A DNA stretch of 64,000 nucleotides from Clostridia bacterium (GTDB taxonomy: Bacteria > Bacillota > Clostridia > UBA1381). Under the pieces are notes generated by a model that searched no databases, was not told where the DNA came from, and saw only the letters and a program-made list of their open reading frames with translations. Both the position numbers and the translations under genes were made by a program. This document shows, piece by piece, positions 20,744 through 30,361 of this stretch (its first letter is position 1; each line of letters opens with the position of its first letter). The DNA is taken from the NCBI GenBank assembly GCA_045637525.1, contig JAZTZP010000150.1, forward strand, positions 64,151-128,150, read 5' to 3'.

Positions 20744-21246
20744 AACGTTTCACCCATTTCATCCATAATCTTGTCAATCATTCGATTGTGATCTTCATCA
20801 TTCATGTCTTTTTCGATAATTTTTTCTGCGATGTCTAAGGCAAGAGATGAAATATCGGATTTAATTTCACTCATAGCCTTTTGCCTCTCAAGAGCTATCT
20901 GTTTATCCGCTCTTGTTATGATTGAGGTCGCCTTTGACTCAGCGTCTGAGATGATTTCATCAGAACGCATAGAGGCGTTTTTTACTGCAGTATCCACAAT
21001 AGATGCGGCTTCTGATTTTGCTCCAGCGAGCTTTTTTGTGTATTCGGCTTCCAGTTCAGACGCAGAAATTTCATGAGATTTTGCTTTTTCGTATATATCA
21101 TTAATTTCATCGTCACGCTGTTTTAATATCTTTTGGATAGGTCCGAATAAAAACTTTTTCATCAGCAGAAAAAGAATCAGCAGATTGCACCATGTGAAAA
21201 TTAAAGTCCAGACATCAATGGTTACAAAAGATAAATACTTGTCCAT
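20740..21246 (-). CDS. atpF: F0 ATP synthase subunit b
   Basis: A single N-terminal TM helix followed by a long charged coiled coil (GPIQKILKQRDDEINDIYEKAK...). Position in the operon agrees. Confidence 0.8.
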   Translation of the reverse strand: MDKYLSFVTIDVWTLIFTWCNLLILFLLMKKFLFGPIQKILKQRDDEINDIYEKAKSHEISASELEAEYTKKLAGAKSEAASIVDTAVKNASMRSDEIISDAESKATSIITRADKQIALERQKAMSEIKSDISSLALDIAEKIIEKDMNDEDHNRMIDKIMDEMGETL

Positions 21247-21261
21247 GATTCCTCCTGAAAA

Positions 21262-21528
<267 letters not shown>

Positions 21529-21537
21529 CTAAATAAA

Positions 21538-22272
21538 TTATTCTGCCGCAGATGATACAAAAACCATTGTCAGCATTGAAATTATATAAGCTTGCAAGAA
21601 GCTTGTAAACAAATCAAAATATATAGACAGTACAGCAGGTATGCCTATTTGTAATATTGGTATGGAACTGATAAAATCATTTGGTATAAATCCGAGTATG
21701 AGATTGCTTAGTGCGGCTAATGCACCGTATACCAAAGATGTAATTACAAGTCCTGATGCGATATTTCCGAAATGACGGAAGGCTATTGAAATCGGGTTTG
21801 CTACTTCACTTATGAGGTTTAGCGGTGTTATAACTATAACCGGCTCGGTAAAGGATTTCAGCCAACCTCCGACTCCGTGAGTTTTTATATTTGTGTATTG
21901 AACAAGCGCAAAGGTTACCAGAGCCCAGCCGAGAGTAGTGCTTAAATCGCCTGTGATAGGACGAAGCCCTGTTAAGCTTGAGAGACTGCCTATTATTGAA
22001 AATGTAAACAAAGTACCGATATATGGAACGTATTTTAAATTCTTTTCGCCCATAACATCTTTTACGAGATTATAAAGCATAAGATAAAGCTTCTCGGCAA
22101 CAATCTGCCGCTTAGACGGATTTTGTGTCTTAAGATTGCGTGTAAGAAAGATGCAGATTCCTACTATCACAACCATTAGTATCCAACTGTTTACAACAGT
22201 TTCTGTTATGTTTATACCTCCGAAAAAGGGGAGAGTAAATAATATTTCAGGACCGTTTACTTCAACATTCAC
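21538..22272 (-). CDS. atpB: F0 ATP synthase subunit a
   Basis: Polytopic membrane protein with the conserved Arg region ISIAFRHFGNIASG. Position upstream of atpE agrees. Confidence 0.85.
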   Translation of the reverse strand: MNVEVNGPEILFTLPFFGGINITETVVNSWILMVVIVGICIFLTRNLKTQNPSKRQIVAEKLYLMLYNLVKDVMGEKNLKYVPYIGTLFTFSIIGSLSSLTGLRPITGDLSTTLGWALVTFALVQYTNIKTHGVGGWLKSFTEPVIVITPLNLISEVANPISIAFRHFGNIASGLVITSLVYGALAALSNLILGFIPNDFISSIPILQIGIPAVLSIYFDLFTSFLQAYIISMLTMVFVSSAAE

Positions 22273-22660
22273 GTGTATTGCCTCCTTTACGGTTATCTAT
22301 AATGGTTAAAATGTTAATTACAAATCTTTGAAAAAACAAAGGAATTATAGCTGCCCAATGATTGAAGTACGGTGCTTTTATTGCCCAGAAAATCATGATT
22401 CCGGCTGAAATCAGGCGTATGGTGTAGCTTGACGTCATTTTAGCTTTAGCGGTATTTGTACCGGCCCCGACACTCCTTTCAAGAGAGAATGCGAGAAACA
22501 AAAAGCTCAGACTGCTGAAAGTGCATCCTAAAAAAGCACCTGACAGCACTGTTAAATCAAATTTTTTCAGTGCCAAAAAAATAATAATCATCAGAATTCC
22601 ACATACGTAGTTTCCGCAGCTGACTCTTAAAACATCGCGTATAACAGATTTACTCAGCAT
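22262..22660 (-). CDS. atpI: ATP synthase protein I-like membrane protein
   Basis: 132 aa with 4 predicted TM helices, overlapping the atpB start. Called mainly from position. Confidence 0.55.
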   Translation of the reverse strand: MLSKSVIRDVLRVSCGNYVCGILMIIIFLALKKFDLTVLSGAFLGCTFSSLSFLFLAFSLERSVGAGTNTAKAKMTSSYTIRLISAGIMIFWAIKAPYFNHWAAIIPLFFQRFVINILTIIDNRKGGNTREC

Positions 22661-22904
22661 CCTTTTGAATCCTTTCTTTTTCTTCTTTTCTGACTGTGCG
22701 AATGAAATTTACCAGTGACATGAAACTGCCTCCGATTCCAAGTAATATTGAAATCAGCATAATGGTGTTTCCAAGCTGAAACTTTCGCTGTATGTAACCG
22801 GCGATAAATATGCACAGAATAAGCGGAGTGACCATATTAAGGCCTAATTGCGTAATCCATGCGAAGGCACGGATTATTTTGTTGTAATCTTTTTTCTTTT
22901 CCAT
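22650..22904 (-). CDS. AtpZ/AtpI-family small membrane protein
   Basis: 84 aa with two TM helices. It is the first ORF of the atp operon and is preceded by GGGGTGA. Called mainly from position. Confidence 0.55.
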   Translation of the reverse strand: MEKKKDYNKIIRAFAWITQLGLNMVTPLILCIFIAGYIQRKFQLGNTIMLISILLGIGGSFMSLVNFIRTVRKEEKERIQKDAE

Positions 22905-22926
22905 TTGATGTCACCCCATTTATTCC

Positions 22927-22955
22927 ATTATACAGGACATGTAAAAAAATGTCAA
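22927..22955 (-). promoter_or_regulatory. sigma-A promoter of the atp operon
   Basis: Minus strand: TTGACA (22955-22950), 17-nt spacer, TATAAT (22932-22927). Confidence 0.65.
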
Positions 22956-23008
22956 TAATTAATTTCTAAATTTCATATTAAAAAAAGATTAACGTTTTGT
23001 TATCTATG

Positions 23009-23275
23009 TTATGAAATTGTCAAACTGTTGGATATGTTGAGGTCTTTCGCCATACAAAACCAATACTGATAGCGTACCTCGGTAGCCTTTAGCTGGAAAA
23101 TCAGCTGGTTTAAGAGAATTGGGTCGGTTACATAATCAAGATTATGATATAAAATATCAAGCTCGGCTTTGATTTCTTTCAGATTATTGACTATATCGCT
23201 GTTTTTTTCGTGTTCACAGTTTGATATATCGGAAAAGTTTTTTATTCTGTCCTTAAGTTTGTTTAGTTTTAGCAT
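23009..23275 (-). CDS. YaaL-like (DUF2508) small protein
   Basis: 88 aa, helical, with EIKAELDILYHNLDYVTDPILLNQLIFQLKATEVRYQYWFCMAKD. The pattern matches my recollection of DUF2508. GGAGGGA lies upstream. Confidence 0.45.
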   Translation of the reverse strand: MLKLNKLKDRIKNFSDISNCEHEKNSDIVNNLKEIKAELDILYHNLDYVTDPILLNQLIFQLKATEVRYQYWFCMAKDLNISNSLTIS

Positions 23276-23385
23276 AATATTTCCCTCCTTGAAATATTAT
23301 AGAATAAAATGCAAATATTTATTCACATAATCCTGTTACTTTCATAAAATATTACAGTATAATTATTTTAGGAGGAAGTCTAATC

Positions 23386-23628
23386 ATGAGTGATAATTTA
23401 AATGAAATTTTGAAGAACATCGATCAGAACAAATTAAGAGCGCTCGCAAATTCGAAAGCCGGCAGAGACCTGGCAAGCCGACTCACCGCAAGTGATAAGA
23501 AAAAATTAATTAATGAGATTAACAAGCTTGATCCGAAACAGGTAAAACAGAAATTAAATGAAATTAACGGCAATAATTCACAGAGATTCAATACTGAAGA
23601 TATTATAAGTATACTGAAAAAACTGTGA
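23386..23628 (+). CDS. hypothetical small hydrophilic protein (80 aa)
   Basis: AGGAGGAAG lies 8 nt upstream. Lys/Asn-rich and helical. First ORF of a tight three-ORF unit. Confidence 0.5.
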   Translation: MSDNLNEILKNIDQNKLRALANSKAGRDLASRLTASDKKKLINEINKLDPKQVKQKLNEINGNNSQRFNTEDIISILKKL

Positions 23629-23644
23629 GAGGGAGGGATTAAAA

Positions 23645-23989
23645 GTGGCTAATAATGATTCTGTCTATGACGCAATTAAAGGGTTGTTAGGCGATAATGC
23701 CGAGGAAAAAATCGGAGCGGTTATGAATACGTTAAGCAATGGTAACCATAGCGAAAATAACGCCGAAGTGATGCAGAAACAAACACCTGAGTTTAATTTG
23801 AAAAATATTGATTATCTGATGAGACTCAGAAATGTTATGGACGAACTTGAAAATGTCGGAGATGATAACAGATCAAGGCTTTTAATATCCTTAAAGCCGT
23901 ATATGAGCACAAGCAGGAAAAAGACGATAGATTCAGCGATTAAACTGCTGAATCTTACAAAGTTGTCATCTTTATTCAGTGCGGAGTGA
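23645..23989 (+). CDS. hypothetical protein (114 aa)
   Basis: GTG start after GAGGGAGGGA. The C-terminus is RLLISLKPYMSTSRKKTIDSAIKLLNLTKLSSL. I can name no domain. Confidence 0.5.
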   Translation: MANNDSVYDAIKGLLGDNAEEKIGAVMNTLSNGNHSENNAEVMQKQTPEFNLKNIDYLMRLRNVMDELENVGDDNRSRLLISLKPYMSTSRKKTIDSAIKLLNLTKLSSLFSAE

Positions 23990-24246
23990 GTGCCATGTAC
24001 AGACGATATTACAGCTATAATGATATGCCGGTTCCTGTTAAACCGGAACTGAAACAGGAGGCGGCGCAGATACATAAATCAGTTCAAAAAAATCCTTTAA
24101 ATACCGAAAAGAAAAAGGGTGTTTTAGAAAATCTGAAGATTGATGACATAATAATTCTGGCAGTGATTTTTATTTTATTTATGGACGAATGCGATGATTT
24201 ATTATTACTTGCGGCACTTGCTTTTATTTTTCTTAACCGTGAATAA
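23986..24246 (+). CDS. hypothetical small membrane protein (83-86 aa)
   Basis: The start overlaps the previous stop (GTGA). ATG 23995 is the alternative start. It has a Tyr/Arg-rich head (MYRRYYSYNDMP) and one or two C-terminal TM segments (IIILAVIFILFMDECDDLLLLAALAFIFL). Confidence 0.5.
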   Translation: MSAMYRRYYSYNDMPVPVKPELKQEAAQIHKSVQKNPLNTEKKKGVLENLKIDDIIILAVIFILFMDECDDLLLLAALAFIFLNRE

Positions 24247-24300
24247 TTTATAAGTTGGCAAGAGATAATAAAACCGAAATTTACAAACGGAGGTCTTAAT

Positions 24301-24927
24301 ATGGATTTTAAGAATTCTAAAACAAGAGAAAATTTATTAAAAGCCTTTGCGGGTGAGAGTCAGGCGAGAAACAGATATACAATTGCTGCCGGTGAGGCGC
24401 GGAAAAACGGCTTGCCGATACTCGAAGCGGTTTTTCTGTTTACCGCCGATCAGGAGCGGGAACATGCGGAAGTGTTTTATAAGCATTTAAGGGAATGTTC
24501 CGGAGAAAATATAAAAATTGAGGGAACGTATCCGATAGATTTATACTCAAGCGTTGAAGAATTGTTAAGAGCGGCGCAGGGAAATGAATATCATGAAAAT
24601 GAAGTGGTTTATAAAGAGTTTGGTGATATTGCAAATTCGGAAGGTTTTACCGTGATTGGTCATACATTCCATAACATAGCAGCCATAGAAAAAGTTCACG
24701 GAGACAGGTTTGGTTATTTCGCTAATCTTCTTGAACAAAACAATCTGTTTGTGACAAGCGTGGAAGCAGGGTGGATGTGCACGAAATGTGGCTATATTTT
24801 AAATTCAAACAAAGCTCCTGAAAAATGCCCGGTATGCGGACATGAACGCGGATATTTTATCCGTCTCGGTCTCGCGCCTTATTCATCGGCTATGACTCAG
24901 GAGTATAATAAAGGTAATAATCAGTAA
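24301..24927 (+). CDS. rbr: rubrerythrin
   Basis: Ferritin-like di-iron motifs (AGESQARNRY, EREHAEVFYKHL, EYHE, EKVHGDRF). The C-terminal rubredoxin-type pairs are CTKCG and CPVCG. Confidence 0.9.
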   Translation: MDFKNSKTRENLLKAFAGESQARNRYTIAAGEARKNGLPILEAVFLFTADQEREHAEVFYKHLRECSGENIKIEGTYPIDLYSSVEELLRAAQGNEYHENEVVYKEFGDIANSEGFTVIGHTFHNIAAIEKVHGDRFGYFANLLEQNNLFVTSVEAGWMCTKCGYILNSNKAPEKCPVCGHERGYFIRLGLAPYSSAMTQEYNKGNNQ

Positions 24928-24941
24928 CATATACTATGATT

Positions 24942-24990
24942 TAAGAGTGTTTTAAGGTGCACAAAACAGAAGCTTAAAACACTCTTTTTG
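24942..24990 (+). terminator. rho-independent terminator of rbr
   Basis: 14-15 bp stem taagagtgttttaag/cttaaaacactctt followed by TTTT. Confidence 0.75.
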
Positions 24991-25065
24991 TTGTGCAATT
25001 AACGCAAAAAAGACTTTGTGCAATGTGAATACATCACAAAAGTAATTGAAAAATCAAAAAAACTA

Positions 25066-25094
25066 TTGACAAATTTGATGTTTTGGTGTACAAT
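25066..25094 (+). promoter_or_regulatory. sigma-A promoter of the glycan locus
   Basis: TTGACA 25066-25071, 17-nt spacer, TGtACAAT (25089-25094). It leaves a ~290-nt untranslated leader. Confidence 0.6.
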
Positions 25095-25206
25095 AAAGAT
25101 AGTATGTGGTTTTATTTAAGTTTGCAGTGTGAGCGAATAATCAATTTAAACCCAATTGTGAACAATCAATGCAGGTGTAAGATTCAATGTTGTTATTGAT
25201 TTTTAT

Positions 25207-25246
25207 GATACAGTGGATATATTACCGGTAGTATATCCATTGTATC
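25207..25246 (+). promoter_or_regulatory. 15-bp stem-loop inside the glycan-operon leader
   Basis: gatacagtggatata / tatatccattgtatc (one G-U pair) with a 10-nt loop. No clean U-tract follows (ttgttatgttg). Confidence 0.35.
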
Positions 25247-25385
25247 TTGTTATGTTGTAATTACATAATCAGTTAGTTCATACATAGAATGTCATAAGCT
25301 TTACCTGGCCTGTTATCATTGAAATAAACCAAAAGAAAAATCTCAGGGTGATTTTAGATTAATTTATCTTAAATAGGAGTAGGGT

Positions 25386-26027
25386 ATGAATAATACGGAG
25401 CATGTTGAAGCAAAAATTAAAATTGAAGATGTGGTTGTAGAACCTAAAATTGTATTTGAGTTCATAAAAAGAGTTTTCGATATTGTTGCATCGTTAATTG
25501 CAATAGTTATATTAGCAATACCGATGATCATAATTGCAATCATTGTTCGGATGGATTCTCCCGGAAAGGCTATTTATGTGCAGGAGCGGTTGGGCAAAAA
25601 CAGTAAGCCATTCAATGTCTATAAGTTTCGGTCTATGAGAATGGATGCCGAAAAGGATGGGGCTCAATGGGCACAGAAGAATGATACTCGCGTTACTAAA
25701 TTCGGTTCCGTATTAAGAAAGACAAGACTTGATGAACTTCCACAGTTGTTTTGTATTTTAAAAGGTGATATGAGTATAGTCGGACCCCGTCCTGAACGTG
25801 AAATATTCTATAATGAATTTGATAAGTATATTGATGGGTTCAGACAAAGATTATGTATTACTCCCGGTTTAACAGGGTGGGCTCAGATTAATGGAGGATA
25901 TTCACTAAAGCCGGAGGAAAAGATAATTTTCGATATTGAGTACATAAAACGCCGGTCAATTATATTTGATTTAAAGATAATATTCAAAACTGTTGCAATT
26001 GTATTTAATCACAAAGGAGCATATTAG
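25386..26027 (+). CDS. initiating phosphoglycosyl transferase (small bacterial sugar transferase, EpsL/WbaP C-terminal type)
   Basis: KRVFDIVASL...SPGKAIYVQERLGKNSKPFNVYKFRSMRMDAE...RLDELPQLFCILKGDMSIVGPRPE. Confidence 0.85.
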   Translation: MNNTEHVEAKIKIEDVVVEPKIVFEFIKRVFDIVASLIAIVILAIPMIIIAIIVRMDSPGKAIYVQERLGKNSKPFNVYKFRSMRMDAEKDGAQWAQKNDTRVTKFGSVLRKTRLDELPQLFCILKGDMSIVGPRPEREIFYNEFDKYIDGFRQRLCITPGLTGWAQINGGYSLKPEEKIIFDIEYIKRRSIIFDLKIIFKTVAIVFNHKGAY

Positions 26028-26041
26028 AAGGGGTTTAGGAA

Positions 26042-26779
26042 ATGGATATAACTGTTAGTATCATAACTGCAACTCATAACAGTGCATGTACTGTGGCGAG
26101 AACTGTTGAATCAGTTTTAGCACAGACGGTACCACCGAAAGAGTACATAGTATTTGACGGATTATCAACGGATAATACTGTCGAAATCATTGAAAGTTAT
26201 AGAGAGCAATTTGATCAAAAGGGAATAAAACTAATTGTTAGATCTGAATCTGACAGCGGTATGTATGATGCTATCAACAAAGGTGTTGAATTAGCGACAG
26301 GTGATATTATCGGAAATGTAAATAGTGATGATTATTATGAACCGATAGCTGTTGAGACTGTAATCGATACGTATAAAAAGACCGGATTTGGAATGATGTA
26401 TGCTGATTTGAGGATTGTAAAACCCACCGGTAATATAGTAAAAAAAGCTAAATTAAAGAAATTTGCAACTACAAGATATTGGAATCATCCTACTACTTTT
26501 ATTACCAAGGAAGTGTATAAAGAATATCAATATAAACTTGAAAGTATGTATGATGATTGTGATTTAATGCTTAGAATAAGAAAAAGCCCACATAAGGTTG
26601 TGGTTGTGAATAAAATTCTCTCCAATTTTTGCTTTGGTGGTATGAGTACACAGAAAAATCTCGATGATGTTATTGAACGTATAAAAATACGATGTAAGAT
26701 TTATAAGAATAATGGATATGGTTTTATCTATTATATTGATAGTTTTTTGATGGAATTTGTTAAGTTTATATTAGCGTAA
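26042..26779 (+). CDS. family-2 glycosyltransferase
   Basis: VSIITATHNSACTVARTVESVLAQT...FDGLSTDNT...NSDD (DxD-type). Confidence 0.8.
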   Translation: MDITVSIITATHNSACTVARTVESVLAQTVPPKEYIVFDGLSTDNTVEIIESYREQFDQKGIKLIVRSESDSGMYDAINKGVELATGDIIGNVNSDDYYEPIAVETVIDTYKKTGFGMMYADLRIVKPTGNIVKKAKLKKFATTRYWNHPTTFITKEVYKEYQYKLESMYDDCDLMLRIRKSPHKVVVVNKILSNFCFGGMSTQKNLDDVIERIKIRCKIYKNNGYGFIYYIDSFLMEFVKFILA

Positions 26780-26795
26780 TTATATGGAGTACAAG

Positions 26796-27941
26796 ATGAA
26801 AATATTGCATATTTGTTTAGGAAATTATTTTGTTGATAACTACACATACCAAGAGAATTTATTAACTAAGTATCATAAAAAGATGGGATGTGAGGTAGAA
26901 GTTATTGCTTCTTTAGAGACTTTCGATACAGATGGTAATACGTCATATCTAAAAGAAGCTAATACCTACTATAATGAAAATGATATTAAAGTTACTAGAT
27001 TAAAATATTTTGGTTTGGCGGGATTTTTGTCGAAAAAATTTAAAATGTTTGTGGGTCTTTATCGTGCAATTGCGCATGCCAAACCAGATATAATATTTAT
27101 TCATAATTGTCAGTTTTTAGATATTCGTTATGTAGTTAAATATTTAAAAACACATAGAAATGTTAAAGTTTTTGTTGATAGCCATGCAGATTATTCTAAT
27201 AGTGCAACGAATTGGTTTTCTAAAAATATTTTACATAAGTTTTTCTGGAGGAGATGTGCACATTTGATCGAGCCGTATGCTACCAAGTTTTATGGTGTAT
27301 TGCCAACAAGAGTAGATTTCTTAGTTGATTTATATAAACTTCCTAAGGAAAAATGCGAACTTTTGGTGATGGGTGTTGATGATGAAATGGTTGATATTAA
27401 TAGTTCTCCAAAAGTAAGAGAAAGAGTCCGGAATGACTATAATATTTTGGACGATGAATATTTGATTGTTACAGGTGGTAAAATTGATTTGTTTAAAAAG
27501 CAAACATTGCTGTTAATGGATGCTGTGAACAATATGTCAGTAAACATAAAATTAATAGTATTTGGCTCAGTTATACCGGAATTAAAGAAAGAAGTAGAAA
27601 AAAGATGTTCCGAAAAAGTTAAATACATAGGTTGGCTTAATTCTAAAGATACGTATCAATATTTTTCTGCTTGTGATTTTGCAGTTTTTCCGGGAAGACA
27701 TTCAGTAATATGGGAACAGGTAGCTGGACAGGGAGTACCTCTGATAGTGAAATATTGGGACGGAACAACACATATTGATTGTGGTGGTAATGTCAACTTT
27801 TTGTATAATGACAGTGTAGAAGAAATAATGGAAAGTATAGAGCAAACAATAGAAAATCTCGATGAAATGAAAAAAAGAGCAAGCGAGTTTTCAGGTGATT
27901 TTTTGTATTCTGAGATTGCAAAAAGAAGCATATGTTTATGA
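26796..27941 (+). CDS. GT-B fold glycosyltransferase (GT4-like)
   Basis: MKILHICLGNYF... at the N-terminus. The C-terminal half carries a GT4-like nucleotide-sugar pocket (FPGRHSVIWEQVAGQGVPLIV). ATG 26796 has a 6-nt spacer after GGAG. ATG 26784 is the alternative start. Confidence 0.65.
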   Translation: MKILHICLGNYFVDNYTYQENLLTKYHKKMGCEVEVIASLETFDTDGNTSYLKEANTYYNENDIKVTRLKYFGLAGFLSKKFKMFVGLYRAIAHAKPDIIFIHNCQFLDIRYVVKYLKTHRNVKVFVDSHADYSNSATNWFSKNILHKFFWRRCAHLIEPYATKFYGVLPTRVDFLVDLYKLPKEKCELLVMGVDDEMVDINSSPKVRERVRNDYNILDDEYLIVTGGKIDLFKKQTLLLMDAVNNMSVNIKLIVFGSVIPELKKEVEKRCSEKVKYIGWLNSKDTYQYFSACDFAVFPGRHSVIWEQVAGQGVPLIVKYWDGTTHIDCGGNVNFLYNDSVEEIMESIEQTIENLDEMKKRASEFSGDFLYSEIAKRSICL

Positions 27942-28115
27942 GATAATATGAACAGAAATGAAAAACTTTGAGAATTCAAGAATATAAAATGAATTTATAA
28001 AAGTACATAATATAAGCATGTATATTTTCAAATTCAAAACGTAAGAACGTGTAGTTCAGGTTTATAATTTGAAAAAAATAATAAATCGGGTTATTAAAAT
28101 TAGAGGTGCAAGCAT

Positions 28116-29384
28116 ATGGGTTTTTTTGCTTTAGCAATGGCATATTCATACAGTTTTTTCTTCATTTTACAATCTATTTTAGGATTAGATGAAGGCGGTA
28201 TGGGTTTAAAAATATACAGTGTCATTATGACGTTTTTTTGCATATTCATATATATAAGAGATGTTTTAAGAAAAAAAGAACTTAGAGTCAACGATCTAAA
28301 ATATATTTGGGCAATTGTGTTGATAACAATTTTATTTTATTGGACAAGTGTTAAATTCGGTGGTGCAAATGAAAGGTATAAGGGGTTATTCTTGAGTTTT
28401 GGTGTCCGGTGTATACCATCGTTGTTGGTAGCGCTTCTTTTGGCGAAATATGATAATTACATAGATAAAATGATAAAAGCTTTGCCAGTTTTTATGTTTA
28501 TGTATACATTAGCTGTACTGTTAGCTGTATTAAATAAGAGTGACTCTAAGTATGTTAAAGAGCTGTTTGATACAGGAGGAATGAATTATCAAAATGTATC
28601 GTACTATTCTTGTTATGCGTTCTTGATGAACTACTTGATTATAGGTCTGCATGGAAAAGTCAAATTTCCGGGTGTGTTTAATAATGTCGTTGCAAAAATA
28701 TTTTTTGTTGCATTATTACCTGTGCAGGTTTATTGTATGCTATCGGGCGGCGGGCGAGGAGCGTTGGTATTATTCTTTATAGGAGTACTTATATTAACCT
28801 TTTTTTGTTTTGGTGACAGATTTAAAAGAGTGGAAACTTATGTGTATTTAATAATTATAGGGGTAATAGTTGTCATAGTATATAGATATCTTATTAATTC
28901 TGAAGGTTTAAGTACCGGGATACGAAGATTAACGAATTTTTTCACCGATGCAAATGCTATAAAGACTGACGTTAGAAATGATTTAAGAGAAGATGCCATT
29001 TTGCTGTGGGGGGCAAGTCCGATATTTGGTTGGGGAATGGGCTCGGTGTTCTATGTCTTTGAAGTGTATTCACATAATATGGTTTCTGATATGCTTATGG
29101 AAACAGGTATTGTTGGTACTATGATAATGGTTATTTGCATGATTATATCTTTAAAAACGATGTTTAAGCTTATTAGTCGTGATAGTAAATATGTTATAAT
29201 TGCATTGGTACTTATTTGCAGTATTGTTATGCTCCAGTTTTCGAATTATTATTTAAGTGATAGCGGTTTATGGTTCGCGCTGTTTTATTTTATGGCGAAG
29301 AATGATATTCAAAAACGCGAAGCCTGGATGAATTCGTTGACAGGTGAAAGTACAGCACCAATTGTTGGCGATAAAAAGTCGTAA
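28116..29384 (+). CDS. O-antigen polymerase/ligase-like polytopic membrane protein (Wzy candidate)
   Basis: About 10-12 TM helices and a large loop with basic residues (RRLTNFFTDANAIKTDVRNDLREDAILLW). No other polymerase candidate is present in the locus. Confidence 0.6.
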   Translation: MGFFALAMAYSYSFFFILQSILGLDEGGMGLKIYSVIMTFFCIFIYIRDVLRKKELRVNDLKYIWAIVLITILFYWTSVKFGGANERYKGLFLSFGVRCIPSLLVALLLAKYDNYIDKMIKALPVFMFMYTLAVLLAVLNKSDSKYVKELFDTGGMNYQNVSYYSCYAFLMNYLIIGLHGKVKFPGVFNNVVAKIFFVALLPVQVYCMLSGGGRGALVLFFIGVLILTFFCFGDRFKRVETYVYLIIIGVIVVIVYRYLINSEGLSTGIRRLTNFFTDANAIKTDVRNDLREDAILLWGASPIFGWGMGSVFYVFEVYSHNMVSDMLMETGIVGTMIMVICMIISLKTMFKLISRDSKYVIIALVLICSIVMLQFSNYYLSDSGLWFALFYFMAKNDIQKREAWMNSLTGESTAPIVGDKKS

Positions 29385-29453
29385 ATGATATGGTGCGAGG
29401 TTAAGTGTTTAAAATTAATTATTGAGGTAATGAATATAGGGAGGTGTTACTTG

Positions 29454-30347
29454 ATGATATATGTATACCCTAAATTTTCAAAATTCGAATTACCTTTTGT
29501 AAGGATAGGTGGGGCCGGATTAGGGAATTTATTGTTTACTTATTCTCGGGCGCTGATTTATGCAAATGAAAATTGTTATAAGCTTATATGGCCTACATGG
29601 CCGAGTTTTAAGATTGGTCCGTATTTAAGACGAGAGCTGGATAAGCGGTTTTATGGCGATTTATTTGTAAATAATTCCGGATATGTTGACGGAATAGAAA
29701 AATTTAAAATTTTAGCTTTCAATAAAAAGATAAATCAGGACGATGTTGAATCTGTTAAAGATAATGATGTTGTTATTTTTGATAAATTTAAAATGAATTT
29801 TGAGGGGATAAAAAAGTACAGAGATGTAATCAGAGATGACTTAATAAAAAATCTTAGTGAGAAAAACAAAAAAGCACTTGATTTTGATTTTACAAATTCG
29901 ATAAGTGTACATATAAGACTTGGAGATTTTGGTGCACCATCTGTTGATAAGCTTAAGCGTGGCTGTAATAATACAAGTATACCCATAGAATGGTATGTGA
30001 AAGTTATTCTGCAAATTAGAAAGATTATAGGCAGAGATATAAAAGTGTATGTTTTTTCAGATGGAAGTGATGAACAACTTGATGATGTGCTTAAATTGAT
30101 TAATGTTGAGAAAATAACGTTTGGAACAAGTATTGCCGACATTATCGCATTGTCAAGATCGAATTTGTTTATTGCGTCGGGTTCTTCATTTTCGATGTGG
30201 GCAAGATTTTTGGGTAATCTTTCTACAATTACGTATACTAATCAATTAAAAGACAAAATATGTGATGAGAATGGTTTTGAGTTTGAAACCGATAATGCTT
30301 GTTTTACATCTGAAATGAAAGAAAGTATAATAAGATTATTGAAATAA
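29454..30347 (+). CDS. putative glycosyltransferase, fucosyltransferase-superfamily-like (GT11-like motifs)
   Basis: SVHIRLGDF resembles the GT11 HxRRGDY motif. VFSDGSDEQ and ASGSSFSMWARFLG resemble GT11 motifs II-III. ATG 29454 lies 9 nt after GGGAGG. Confidence 0.45.
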   Translation: MIYVYPKFSKFELPFVRIGGAGLGNLLFTYSRALIYANENCYKLIWPTWPSFKIGPYLRRELDKRFYGDLFVNNSGYVDGIEKFKILAFNKKINQDDVESVKDNDVVIFDKFKMNFEGIKKYRDVIRDDLIKNLSEKNKKALDFDFTNSISVHIRLGDFGAPSVDKLKRGCNNTSIPIEWYVKVILQIRKIIGRDIKVYVFSDGSDEQLDDVLKLINVEKITFGTSIADIIALSRSNLFIASGSSFSMWARFLGNLSTITYTNQLKDKICDENGFEFETDNACFTSEMKESIIRLLK

Positions 30348-30361
30348 GGAGAACGTATTTG

